A stretch of 64,000 nucleotides of DNA from Amphiscolops sp. MND2022 (Eukaryota): the NCBI GenBank assembly GCA_964187785.1, contig OZ076409.1, positions 90,956,001-91,020,000 on the forward strand, given 5' to 3'. Shown in pieces: positions 11,737 to 23,476 of the stretch (its first letter is position 1; the number at the start of each line of letters is the position of its first letter). A program made the position numbers and the translations under genes. The notes under the pieces are model-generated. The model ran no database searches and was not told the origin of the DNA. It saw nothing but the letters and a program-made list of their open reading frames with translations.

Positions 11737-14444
11737 TTTTTAGTCGGCCCTTTTTAGTCGGCGGTTTTCCTTTGAGGGAAAAATACCCGACTATAGCAGT
11801 GACTGTTTTTAGTCGGCGCTTTATCCTTTTAAGGAAAAATGCCCGACTATAGCAGTGACCTTTTTTCTTCAGACTACAATCCTACACAGATCGGTCCACT
11901 TTTTAGAAACAATCCTGAAACCACATAAGGGGCCAAGGCAAACTTAGTGCAAAGGGTCCCCCCTTTCATTTTTTACTTTTTCAAGGTAACCTACAAAACC
12001 GGACGGGACTAAAGAGTCCCCCCTTTCGATTTTTTTTTCGGCTATGTGCCACTTTTTTCTCGAATTTTTTTCTGTCTCCAAAGGGTCCCTCCTCTCAGTT
12101 TTTACTTTTTTAACGTAACCTACAAAACCGGTCGAGACTAAAGGGTTCCCCCTTTTGATTGTTTTCGGCACTGTGCGACTTTTTTTCGAAAATTTTTAAT
12201 GTCCCAAAGGGTCCCCCTTTGAGCTTTTTGTTATTTTGCAACAGAACGCATGTTTATGAATCAAAAAGGGCCCCCTTTTTGCACATGACGAAGTCAATGT
12301 GCATTGCAGTCCAGCTAAGTAAGTTTTTTTTCCACTATAGTCAACTTCATAATGAGCGTCTTTGAGAAAAAAGCCAAAACCCCAGAGAGATTCGAACCTG
12401 CAGCCTCCCGATTGCACGGCATAAGTGTTGACCACTGTGCCATAGGGACGTTATTGAACAAAGTTGAACTGTTGAATATATACGCATGCGATTAAAATAA
12501 TATATATACGCATATTAAAATAATCGATGTCTTCGTCATGTGTTGCGAAGCACCGCTTCGCCTCTGTGTACATTTTTCGGCACTGTGCGACATTTCCCGA
12601 AAGTAAAAATTTTTCGAAAATTTCAAGTTTTTTTCCAAAAAAAATGTTCTGCGCTTTTCGAGCCTTAGATATGGCGCCGACTTTAGACGTTCTCGTCTTG
12701 TTTTTAGTCGGCGCTTTATCCTTTTAAGGAAAAATGCCCGACTATAGCAGTGACCTTTTTAGTCGGCGCTTTATCCTTTTAAGCAAAAATGCCCGACTAT
12801 AGCAAAGACCTTTTTTTTCTTCAGCCTCACACTGAAAGGTCCACTTTTCTTACAATTCTTACAATATTGAAATCTTACAATTCTTACTTAGCAAATTTAA
12901 AATACTGGCGCAAAAGCTTGCGAAGTAGTATTTTTACATCATCTAAACTCAACGGGACCAAAGGGTACGCCCTCCTTACAGTATTTTCGGCTCTGTGAGA
13001 CTTTTTTCGAAAAAATTTTTAATGTCTCAAAAGGGTTCCCCCTTCGAGTTTTCTCAAATTTTGCAACTGAATGTATGTTAATCAATCCCAAAGGGTCCCC
13101 CTTTCTACATTTTTTGGTACTATGCGACTTTTTTGAAAGAATTTTTTTTCAAAAATTACAAGTTTTTTTCCAAAAAAAATGTTTTGCGCTTTTTGAGCCT
13201 TAGATATGGCGCCGACTTTAGACGTTCCCGTCTTGTTTTTTCTTCAGACTACAATCCTCACACTGAAAGGTCCACTTTTCTTACAATCTTAAAATCTTAC
13301 AATTCTTACTTAGCAAATTTAAAATACTGGCGCAAAAGCTTGCGAAGTAGTTTTTTTACATCATCTAAGAAACTCAAAGGGACCAAAGGGTACTGCCTTA
13401 GAGTATTTTCGGCGCTGTATTTTCGACTTTTTTTGAAAAAAAAATTTCCCCAAAGGGTCCCTCCTTCAATTTTTTTGGAGTTTTTCGACAGAACGGATGT
13501 TGAAAAATCCCAAAGTGTCCCCCCTTTCAATTTTTTCGGCATTGTGAGACTTTTTTCAAAAAAAAAATTTTCACCAAAAGTGCCCCTCCATTTTTTTTTA
13601 TTTGCGACAGAATGGATGAAAAATCTCAAAGTGTCCCCTCTGGTGCACCAATTCGGTTCAACTTTTGGGTTTTTCCGGTACCGTAGAAGAGAATACTTTG
13701 ACACTTTGAAGTCCTTTTGCTGTTTTTGAGCCTTAGATATGGCGCCGACTCGGGCCGTTCCCGGCTTGTTTTTTCTTCAGACTACAATCCTCACACTGAT
13801 CGGTCCACTTTTTAGAAACAATCCTGAAACCACCTAAGGCGCCCAGTCCGGCAAAGGGGCCAAGGCAAACTTAGTGCAAAGGGTCCCCCTTTCATTTTTT
13901 ACTTTTTCAACGTAACCTACAAAACCGGCCGAGGCTAAAGGGTCCCCCCTTTTGATTTTTTTTGTTATTTTGCCACAGAATGCATGTTTGGAAATCTAAA
14001 AGGGTCCCCTCTTTTACATTTTTCGGCACTGTGCGACATTTTCCGAAAGAATAAAATTTTCGAAAATTTCAAATTTCTTTCCAAAAAAGGCGCTTTTTGA
14101 GCCTTAGATATAGCGCCGACTTTAGACGTTCCCGTCTTGTTTTTTCTTCAGACTACAATCCTCACACTGATCGGTCCACTTTTTAGAAACAATCCTGAAA
14201 CCACCTAAGGCCAAGTCCCGCCAAGGCAAACTTAGTGCAAAGGGTCCCCCTTTCATTTTTTACTTTTTCAAAGAAACCTACAAAACCGGACGGGACTAAA
14301 GAGTCCCCCCTTTCGATTTTTTTCGGCACTATGCGACTTTTTTGAGAGAAAAAAATTTCGAAAATTTCAAGTTTTTTCCAAAAAATTGTTTTGCGCTTTT
14401 TGAGCTTTAGATATGGCGCCGACTTTAGACGTTCTCGTCTTGTT
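11737..14444 (+). repeat. Head-to-tail array of five HINE family A units
   Basis: Five 3' end modules (gatatggcgccgact...gtcttgtt or ggcttgtt) ending near 12702, 13237, 13770, 14141 and 14444, with no unique spacer between units. Confidence 0.85.
12281..12569 (+). mobile_element. HINE family B, second near-identical copy
   Basis: Same length and termini as 740-1028 with a handful of substitutions; again nested after the aaggg(t)cccccttttt motif of family A. Confidence 0.78.
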
Positions 14445-14620
14445 GTACTCACTCCAAACTCCATTGTTGTACAATTTTGCAATTTATTGAAGTTTGTCAG
14501 TGATTTCATGTCGTCGTTTGCCCAACTTGAAGTTGGCCTACGGTTTTTATTTTAAAGACCATATTGAGTTGCAGCCCATTTATAGTTCATTGTTTGGTAA
14601 CTGGCCCAATTTCCTTGCAG

Positions 14621-15105
14621 GTGGAGTTCTGTTCAGTATCGAAGTAACGGCCACCTACTTTGCTGTGCGGAACTACTGGCGAGGCTTTTCCAGTGCAGTC
14701 GTTGGTGCTCTTGTCTTTCAGCTGATCGGAATGGCCGCAGATAACGGAGAGACCATCACTGCTCTCTTCAGGACCGACCTACCAGTTGACATGCCCTTTG
14801 ACCCCTTGGAACTTTTCATCTTCGCCTTTGTGGGGGTCATATGTGGCTTTGGGGGTGCCCTGTACGTCTTCTTCCACCGCAACATTGTGCTGCTGATGCG
14901 CAAACCACGAATCCACAACATTTTATCCAAGAACCGTTTCATCTATCCGTCTATCATCACTATTTTCATTGCCTCTGTTACGTATCCACCTGGGCTGGGA
15001 CGCTACATGGCTGCCGACTATACGCCCAAAGAGCAGATCGACAGCTTGTTCGCAAACTTTTCATGGACTGGAGCTGCAGAGCCATTGACTGCTGAACAAA
15101 ACGAG
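14621..15105 (+). CDS. CLCN2: ClC chloride channel, internal exon
   Basis: Acceptor ttccttgcag| completes the phase-1 Gly. GGVLFSIEVTATYFAVRNYWRGF has Val at the proton-glutamate position, as in ClC channels rather than antiporters. Donor gag|gtttac, phase 0. Confidence 0.93.
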
Positions 15106-15137
15106 GTTTACTTTCATTCTATTTTCATGTCATTTTT

Positions 15138-15978
15138 ACACTTGCGATAAGCAAGTGTTATGGGAAAGTGCGGGTGCTTTTTTTTCCGCGCGACAACTCT
15201 GATTTCACGCGGCAACTCGCACGTTTCACGCGTTCGTGGTCTAGTGGTAAGATGCTTGCTTTTCAACCCAGAGGTTTCGTGTTCGAACCCGTGGGTATGC
15301 GCTATTTTTTTTACAAGTATTCCGAAGCAGAAGGTTCTGACTTTTTTCGGCACTATGAGACTTTTCGGCTTTGTGAGACTTTTTTTCGAAATTATTTAAA
15401 TGTCCCCAAAGGGTCCTCCTTTCGATTTTTTTGATATTTTGCAAGAGAACGAATGTTATAAAATCCTAAAGGGTCCCTTTTCCACATTTTTCGGCACTAT
15501 GCGACTTAGCGGAAACTTCAAAAAATATCGAAAAAATTCGGAAAATTTTTTCTCAATTTTTAGTTTTAAAAGACCGTTTTTTTAAAGACCGATCTTTTTT
15601 CTGTGCGACTTTTTTAAAATTTGTTTTCACCGAAGCCCCTGCTCAATTTTTACAAGAAACGAAACGTTTTGCGAGAGGACTCCTCAAGGCTTTGCGACTT
15701 ACCGGAGACCATCAAAAATGTTTTCGAAAAATTTTGAAATTTTTTCTCTTCTATTTTCTGTTTAAGGTTTTCCGTTGAGAAAGAATGGGTTTTTTGCTGT
15801 TTTCAGTTGGGGAAGAATGGTTTTTGAGGCTTACGCGTATCCCTTCGGGTATTTTTTGGCGCTGTAAAATTGATGAAATTTTAATCTCCTTTTACCCTTG
15901 GTTTTCCGTATGATATTGCTTATTTGGTTTTCTTCAAAAGTTCGCAAGTGTTTGCGAAGCACGGCTTCGCCTCTGTGT
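15138..15978 (+). mobile_element. HINE family C with a sense tRNA-like cassette
   Basis: SubTIRs acacttgcga (15138-15147) and tcgcaagtgt (15942-15951); 5' partial inverted repeat gcaagtgt; hairpin gcgaagc-acg-gcttcgc; end ctctgtgt. Confidence 0.78.
15230..15301 (+). pseudogene. tRNA-like (Glu-TTC-like) pseudogene or SINE head inside HINE C
   Basis: A box TGGTCTAGTGG and B box GTTCGAACCC at tRNA spacing; TTC at the anticodon position; stems poorly paired. Confidence 0.6.
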
Positions 15979-16114
15979 TTAAATTGTTGCTTCATTTTAC
16001 TCTCAGTTTCTTCATCGTCGAATCAATAAAAAGGACCGTGCGTACTGAAACCCATTTTTCATGTTGGGAGAAATACGTGAAATTTTCATGTCAATTGTCT
16101 ACGTTTGTTCAGGG

Positions 16115-16454
16115 CAGGATTTTGGCATCGCCAATTTTTTTCGCTAATCTCTGAGTCGTTAATTTCAAAATCGCTATTTCGTTGAAAAACTTTTCCTTTA
16201 AATGATAGCAATCAAAGAATGTTTTAAAATTAAATGATAGCTCAATTCAATTTTTTGCAAGAAAAAGACGAGAATTTTCCATAATGTGTGGGTTTTACAA
16301 GCGCAGGAGTTGGAATTTTTCGAAATTCATTATGAAGCTCGTGTATACTCAGAGAAATTTTGAATTTGTACAATCTTTTAGTTTCCGCTATTTTGAATCG
16401 CTGAAAAAATTCAGCGCGGCTGCTAAATTGCTAATTAGCAGTTTCAAAACTCTG
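16115..16454. mobile_element. hAT-like MITE (same family as 19658-20006)
   Basis: Ends caggattttgg...tcaaaactctg; 8-bp flanks gttcaggg and cttcaggg (7/8); internally similar to 19658-20006. Confidence 0.8.
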
Positions 16455-17499
16455 CTTCAGGGGAAATTGTTTCATAATCTTTTTGTATGCTTTAGTCTAA
16501 GTGAATTTAGGGCAGTAAAAACGTATTCTAAAAGCGTAAAAACGTATTAGGAATAATTTTCAATTAACAGCGTCTGAAATTCTCTGTACTAAGATATACA
16601 ATGCGCGAGACATAACTTTAGTCGTTATCCCGGAGGACGATTTAGATATATTTCTTGAAAACGGTTTAGACTTTATTCCTGTGTCCTATTGAAATTATTC
16701 GCAGCAATCAAAGTTATTGTGATGATCACATAAACCTGCTCTCCATTTAGTAACTGTAATTTTACCAAAAAATATTTCCTTGCATTTTCCTAGGTGTTAT
16801 ATTGTGCTTCCAAAATTGTAAAAACAAATGACTGAAACGCAAAATGCTTGCTGTAGCATTCACCTGCGTAAGTCATGTGTATCTCGCTTCCAATATTTTT
16901 GAAAGATGGCGTCGTTAAGGGGATCCATCAATTGTTCTTTCACTAATTCACCTCCCAATAAGAACAAATAATAACAGCTTTGAAGCAACGATTGGAAGAA
17001 CAGCTTATTTTAGAGAAACGTTATAATCAAGTTCCGCTTTCAAATTTCGTTGCTGAAAATTGTTGAAAATTTGACCTGTTGGTTAATCTGACAATTTCGT
17101 ATATCTTAGTGGAAAATCTCAAAATATATCTAACAGGAAAATCTCACAGTGCCGAAAAAATTTCAATGGGACTCTTCGGTCTAAGAAAAACTTTTCGGTA
17201 ACAAAGTATTTAAAAGATGAAGAAGGAACCTTTGGTTCAGAAAATGTTTGCCAAGTTTAATGAAAGAACAAATATATCGACTTTTCAGAGACATCTGTAG
17301 AAAAAACTACACACTGCAATAGTCTTGCAATCCTTCCAAAAAGCGCCTAACATGTTTGAATAATAACATTATGACCTCGATGTATATTAATTGATATAGC
17401 AGCTCATCGTTATCATAATGAAACAAAAATATTCGTTAAGATGTTATTACTAGCTATATATTTCTCTGAAACGTATCACGCTTAAATTTTCTGTTTCAG

Positions 17500-18829
17500 A
17501 TCATCAGACATTGGAAGTCAGACCCAGGTGGAGTCTTCGTTTGTCTCTCAGTTTTTATTGTGTCCAAATTTGTGCTCTCCGCTTTGGCAGTGACTATGCC
17601 TGTTCCGAACGGAATCTTTGTGCCGTCCTTTCTGGTCGGGGCTGCTTTCGGAAGAATGGTTGGAGAGTTCTTCCACCATTGGTTCCCAGAGGGGCTCGGG
17701 GGAGTCGTTATAAAACCAGGAGGCTATGCTTTGGTCGGGGCTGCGGCTATGGCGGGAAGTGTCACTCATACAATCTCAACTTCAGTCATCGTTTTTGAAC
17801 TTACAGGACAAATTTCTCACTCCTTGCCTGTTCTAATAGCCGTTATTTTATCCAACATAGTCGCTCAGTTCTTACAACCTTCAATGTACGACAGTATTAT
17901 CCAAATGAAACAACTTCCTTTTCTACCGGACATGGTTTCGGCCCACAAAGACTTCTATGATATCATGGCCGAGAATATAATGCTGACGAAATTCAGTTTT
18001 ATTTACTGGAAGCAACCTTATAAAGATGTGTACAGTGTCATCAGAGATCTTGGCAAAAATGAACTTGTGCCTCTGGTGGAGAGTAAAGAAAGTATGGTTT
18101 TATTAGGAACGGTCAGAGTGAAATTGTTACAAGACAAAATCGCGAATCATATAGGAAGACTGGCACAGCTTGAGTTCATAGAAAACGGCAAGAATTTTTC
18201 AACGCTGAAGTCGCAAGTTGCCAAAAGCAATCGAAGGTTTACCGCTGCTGCCAAGAAGGTTCCTCAGGCATCGCCTCGACGGGGCTCCAGACAAGATGCA
18301 ACTCCTGCAGCCAACCTCGAGTCCCGGAGACATTCGCGGTTGTTTGCCACCGACTTGCATTCATTCGTTGAGGCTCGCGCCAGCACGAATAAAAGCAAAC
18401 GGAAAATAAAACCTTTGTCGAATATGTTTTCGGGCTCAATTGTCGATTTAGCAATCGACGAAAACCCCGTGTCGCCTCGGCTCACAGTTCAGAGAGACTT
18501 GCATCGCAGAGCAACTTTGACTGCGGAAACTATGGCTGACATTTGCATCACCCCACAGGAGATTGTGGAATGGGAAGAGTTGCGAATGAAAATGCCAATC
18601 AAATTTGAGTTTAATGAAATTGACGAGTCTCCGTTTTCCATTGTTACGCTAACGTCTCTCCCAAAGATACATTCGCTCTTTTCTCTTTTGGGTCTTAACA
18701 AAGCGTACGTTACTCGGATGGGGAAACTGGTTGGTGTGATAACTCTAAATGACGTCAGACTAGCGGTCGAACACTCCTCGGCCTATCTAGGGGCCCAGAG
18801 ACCAAACCAGGACAACGCCTCAACTTCAG
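17500..18829 (+). CDS. CLCN2: ClC chloride channel, large exon: last membrane helices and two CBS domains
   Basis: Acceptor ctgtttcag|, in frame with ORF 17560. Motifs GIFVP, PGGYALVGAAA, PSMYDSII, CBS1 (PLVESKESMVLLG) and CBS2 (IHSLFSLLGLNKAYVTRMGKLVGVI). Donor tcag|gtcagg, phase 1. Confidence 0.93.
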
Positions 18830-18831
18830 GT

Positions 18832-19312
18832 CAGGGTTTTTCAAAAATTAATTGATGAAAACTTAATTGCAATTAATTGGTTAAATAATTGATTGCTAAG
18901 CTACCGATCAATTAAAACATTGTTTTCGATAAATTCAAATAATTGCAATTAATTGCTCAATTATTTAGCGTGTACTCTCTTGCTATAGGAATGACGCCAA
19001 GTTTCATTTTACCAACATCAGACATAATTGAGAGCTTTTTCAGCAATATTTTTTGGTTTCGCATATTCAGATAATCGTCAAGCATTATTGCCCATGAACC
19101 TTGAAATGCAGCTTTTTCAAGGCAAATCATCGATTTTCGGACGATCACACCGTGGACAAAGTCAAAAATCCACAGAAAGACTGCGGTGAATAATTGGCCA
19201 ATTAATTGCAATTTGATTTTTGCGTGACCACTTATTTGATAATTAATTGTTCTTTTTAAAATTGATTGCGATTACATTTTTTTGGGTTGAAATTAATATT
19301 TGACAACCCCTG
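18832..19312. mobile_element. hAT-like MITE that forms the last ClC intron
   Basis: Perfect 8-bp TSD CTTCAGGT at 18824-18831 and 19313-19320; 22-bp TIRs starting CAGGG match at 19/22; repeated AATTAATTG subterminal motifs near both ends. Confidence 0.88.
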
Positions 19313-19318
19313 CTTCAG

Positions 19319-19650
19319 GTAGCAACCAGGGCGATGACCTTGACCTAGATTACGCCGAGCAATCTTCACTCAGCTCCGATGACGGTTCAGATGGAGGACC
19401 TGGCAGTGATACAAAGGGCGCCGACGATGCATTGAATGACAAAAGGGCATCGATTGATACATCACGTTTATCCCCTTATTTGAATCCAAGTCAGGCTTCT
19501 ACCAGCACAAATGCAAGCAACGCAACACAGCATGTACCTGAAGGTCATCAGGGTGAGTCCAGAAGAGGTCGCTTCACTTCTGTCCGGGTCGTGTCACCCA
19601 GAGAAGAAGCCGCAGCACGTGCTCAACAAGGCGATAAAGCAACTTTATGA
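19319..19650 (+). CDS. CLCN2: ClC chloride channel, predicted last exon (110-aa low-complexity tail)
   Basis: Acceptor tgcttcag|gt completes the phase-1 Gly; the frame stays open and GC-richer to TGA 19648-19650. The four exons total 2349 nt, a multiple of 3. Confidence 0.75.
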
Positions 19651-19657
19651 TTTCAAC

Positions 19658-20006
19658 CAGAGTTTTGACATCGCTCATTTTTTCGCTAATCGCTAGTTTC
19701 AAAATCGCTATTTCGCTGAAACACTTTCTCTTCAAACTGTTGAATGTTTGAGTTCAAGAATGGTTAAAATATGAACGATAACTTAATTCAATTTTCGCAA
19801 GAAAAAATCCTAAATTTTTTATACTGTGAGGGTTTTACAGATGAAGAGTTGAAATTTTTCGCCGTTAATTTTGAAATTTCGTGTATTTTCCGAGGAAATT
19901 TTGAATTTGGCCCATCTATTGGTTGTCGCTAATTTGAATCGCTAATAAAATTGCTGAAAAATTCTGCGCAGCCGCTACATCGCTGATTAGCGGTATCAAA
20001 ACTCTG
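19658..20006. mobile_element. hAT-like MITE immediately after the ClC stop codon
   Basis: Perfect 11-bp TIR cagagttttga/tcaaaactctg; 8-bp flanks atttcaac and atttcgac (7/8). Confidence 0.85.
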
Positions 20007-21709
20007 ATTTCGACACATGCAGTACACAGTTTAGTCCTAGATTTTGTAAAAGTGCCGTATATTGAGGTTTTGTTTGTGTGCAGTTCTAGTTCCAAGCAAT
20101 ATGTATCTTCGATCTAAGATGCACAGAAACATTCAAAAAGTCTTCTTCTTGGCTGGCGATCGTTCAGTGCGATGAAGTTTCAGCTTTATTTTCTATCCAA
20201 ATAACATATCTTCTCACTCTTTATTTCGACTAACAATTATTGCATTCTATTTTTATATAGTTTAATACTTTTCACTTTGCTTTCTGAAATAGACCCAAGT
20301 GTCGGTCCTTTTGGAGCTGAAAAGGAACCCGCATCTCAAACTTGAAGCAAAAGAAGCATTAAACATGTTAAACAAAAACTTAACTCGCTTTTAATTACCA
20401 GAGGAAATGTTTCATATCTCTAACAACATTGGACCTCAAGCGACGTACTTTATAATGAAAAGAAATCTTATTTATGGCAGAATGAAAGATTGGTTCGTCG
20501 CAGCAAACTTCGAAATGAGGTTTACAAATTATATATTAACAGTTTGTATGCAACTTTTCAGAAGTACGGGCCTTTTATCTAATTTACGCATTAGTCACGT
20601 TCAAATGATAAATATTAAAGAAGTTATGTATCAACAAATCTTCGACGCAGGCAAGTAAAGTAACCCATTAAATTTTATCGCGTCCTTTCACCGTTCGGAT
20701 CAATCACCTCGAAGGAAGAACGCCAGTTTTGGCAACGACGACTTGTGCATTTAATTGATTGACAGGAAATGGTCAAGACGTCAACTTCTTGAAGTTTATT
20801 GAGGAGCTATCAGCAAACAATCTCAAATTTATACATACTTGGCATTCGGCGAACATCGGCGTTTTCTCGAAAAACCAATTAGAAGTTGGAAGTTTGCCCC
20901 AAAAACAGCCTGTTTTGTTGACATGAAAAATACACTAGCTTCAGTAACATTAAAAAGCCTCGATTTAACTTTTGAAAAGCCGTGAAAATGTTACCTACCG
21001 TGCTTACGGAAAATATAATTTTGTTGAGTCAGCTAAAAGGTTCCACTGTTTCATCTATTTGTCCAAAAAATTAGTTTGGTTTTTCTCAAAGTAACAACAA
21101 GCAAAAATTTACCTCAAATTCTTGTATCTTTTTCTTCCACGTACTTTCATCAGGTGACATCATTTTTTTTGAAAAAAAAATGTACAGTACCTTAAAAAAC
21201 CGTCGTCGAGCTTTGCAAGCCAGAACAAAAAGTTCTGCACGGGATTAAAACCCAGCGCCTCCTTCCAAAGCGCACCCTAATAACTAGACGGAGTGGCGGA
21301 TGAAACGATGTTTACAAGTGGATCATTCAAATACATTTTGTCTGGAGAAAATAATTGAGCCTTTTTTTTGAAAATGAGCCGACTGACGGCACGAAAATAA
21401 ATTGTGACATACTCAGATGAACGAATCAGGAATGGATTTTAGAACACTGCCGATATACGAAAGCTAGTTCAAAAGTGTTAAAGCGAGCTAGCGCGAAATA
21501 CCTTGCTTTAGAACATAGTTTCTTTTCGAGGTACCTCATCAACGCTTCTATAAAAGTTTTCCGTTACATAATTTTTTCATTGTCATCGTGTTGATTAGTA
21601 GACCAGCGACTTTATGAGAAGTATTATTAAATCTCAGTTGTATAAAGAGATCAGGAAATGGCAGATTGTTTCTTGGCAACAGTATCTTTACGACTGTCAC
21701 ACAATTTTT

Positions 21710-22033
21710 TCATCTTGGATGGATAGCCCCTTCCCCGTAGAATACACCATTGTCTCTGTAGAACGTGCGGATAGTTTCACTTCTGCCGTGTTTGGGTTTC
21801 CCGAAGGTGCCTCGTTCTTCCTGTCTCCATCCGACCTCTTGTGCCTCGGTTATGGGGTAAGGGAATTTGGCCTCGGGCCCCGTCGTCTTGCGACACTCCA
21901 AGTACAGAGCTCGTCCTTTGCCCTCTTTGGAGAAACCATCAAAGAGCTTGCTCTTGGTGTTTGGCGTGGGTGGGTACATCTCGAAACGAGGCAGCTCCGA
22001 GTCATCCAGGATGGGCTCAAGTGCTGGTTTAGT
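21710..22033 (-). CDS. SPMIP1: SPMIP1/ATP6V1FNB-like protein, exon 2 (joined product 180 aa)
   Basis: Acceptor caatttcag|act, phase 0; EMYPPTPNTKSKLFDGFSKEGKGRALYLECRK...PEAKFPYPITEAQEVGW...GRSETIRTFYRDNGVF matches the recalled family C-terminal motifs. Confidence 0.75.
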   Translation of the reverse strand, partial: TKPALEPILDDSELPRFEMYPPTPNTKSKLFDGFSKEGKGRALYLECRKTTGPEAKFPYPITEAQEVGWRQEERGTFGKPKHGRSETIRTFYRDNGVFYGEGAIHPR

Positions 22034-23476
22034 CTGAAATTGAGGAATACCCACGTGAGATGAGTGAGGAAAGTTGAGTTAACAGAGTTTCAAACGAGGA
22101 TAATCATCTAGCGTCAAGGTCAGTGAATTGGGTTTTCCCAAAAAAATTTATACAAAGATTTTCGACGTAAGTTAGTTTTGATTGTTTAAAAATAATCCAA
22201 GTTTACCTGAATCATTTAATCTGTCTTGAAAAAGTGATATTTAAAGAAAACTGAGAAAAATTATCATAACAAACTAATGACGTTTTTTAATTAATAATAA
22301 CATCATATTTTAAATGATCTTGATAGCGATTAGTGAATCCGTAGGGACATCTATACCGTCATTTTTTCCTGACCAATTGAACAACTCATCACAAACAGTG
22401 GCCAAACTCGCATTTTAAAAAGTTTTTAACGCCAGTTATGCTATTCCTAAGAGCAGATTTTAACAGATAAAAAATGTAATTCATTACTTCTGAGTAAATG
22501 CGATGAATTTAATTAACAGCACAGAATGCTACACAGAATGTATTCGTGAGAAAAGAAAAATCTTTCAGCCGCTTTCCAAATTTGAGAAAACAAATGAAAA
22601 TGGCGAAAAGATAGATTCTTCCTCATAATTCAACGACGAAAAATACGATCGTAACATGTACTTATGAAAATTAGCCTATCGCTAAACTCGCTTTTTTGAT
22701 GTGCGCGTTTCGCTTATTCCGCTTTTCTAAACAACCGCTTAGCGGTCGCTAATGAACAAGTTTTATGAACAAATGTTTCGAGAGATTTGGTTTAATTAAA
22801 ATGTTAGAAATTGATTTTCAGATGTAACAAATATCCATCTGTCTCAAAGTTCAATCGATTTCGTTGGGCAGTCAGGATTATCCCGAGTAAAGTTTGTCGA
22901 TTGTGGCAGTGTCACGAGACGCCGAAAGTTTTCTTAAAACCACTTTTCGGCCTAATTTATTTGATTCGCTAAATTTGATTCGCGTGTCGCTTATCCGCTA
23001 CTACTAAACTGATGCATCGCTTCCGCTTAGCGACCCGCTAACGCTATTAATGGGTCAATCCACTGATGAAGATGTTTGCATTTTTTAAGCCCCAAAAACC
23101 CAAAATTTTCATCTTTCGAACGTTTTTGCTATCTTCACACAATTTTTGAGTTTTCGTGTCGTGAATATGGATATCCATCGAGTCGTTCAAATTATTTGGT
23201 AATTATTGGTCGTTCAAATTATTCTACGCGAGTTGAATACTTTTTAAAGAGAAGTCAAGTTTTTATGACGAGATTCCAAACAACAGATTTTGAACGGATA
23301 AGATGCAATTCGTTACTTTTGAGTAAATGAGACGAATTTAATAAACAGCACAGAAATAACCGAAATGTGTCGCTAAAATGAATCAGGGCTGAAAACATTT
23401 TCACAATTTTCCTAAGTCTTGATTTTTGGCATGAGAATTTTCCAACCCAAATAGCGCTAGCAATGAACTATCTTAC

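Noticed and set aside
11737..14444. Recurring palindromic motif superficially like a CRISPR or attC array
   Set aside because: Eukaryotic intron context, irregular 300-950 bp spacing, mutually homologous spacers and no cas or integrase genes.
15230..15301. Functional tRNA genes at 15230, 838 and 12379
   Set aside because: Acceptor and anticodon stems pair poorly and all lie inside mobile elements.
531..16154. Many 60-200 aa ORFs rich in KGPP/FFGTVRLF (for example 531, 2520, 2670, 13133, 13306, 14183, 15160)
   Set aside because: They are chance translations of HINE repeat bodies on both strands, with no domain or splice evidence.
4609..17499. TE origin for the other ClC introns, and for the FGFR and SPMIP1-like introns
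   Set aside because: Their boundaries show neither direct repeats spanning the splice sites nor terminal inverted repeats.
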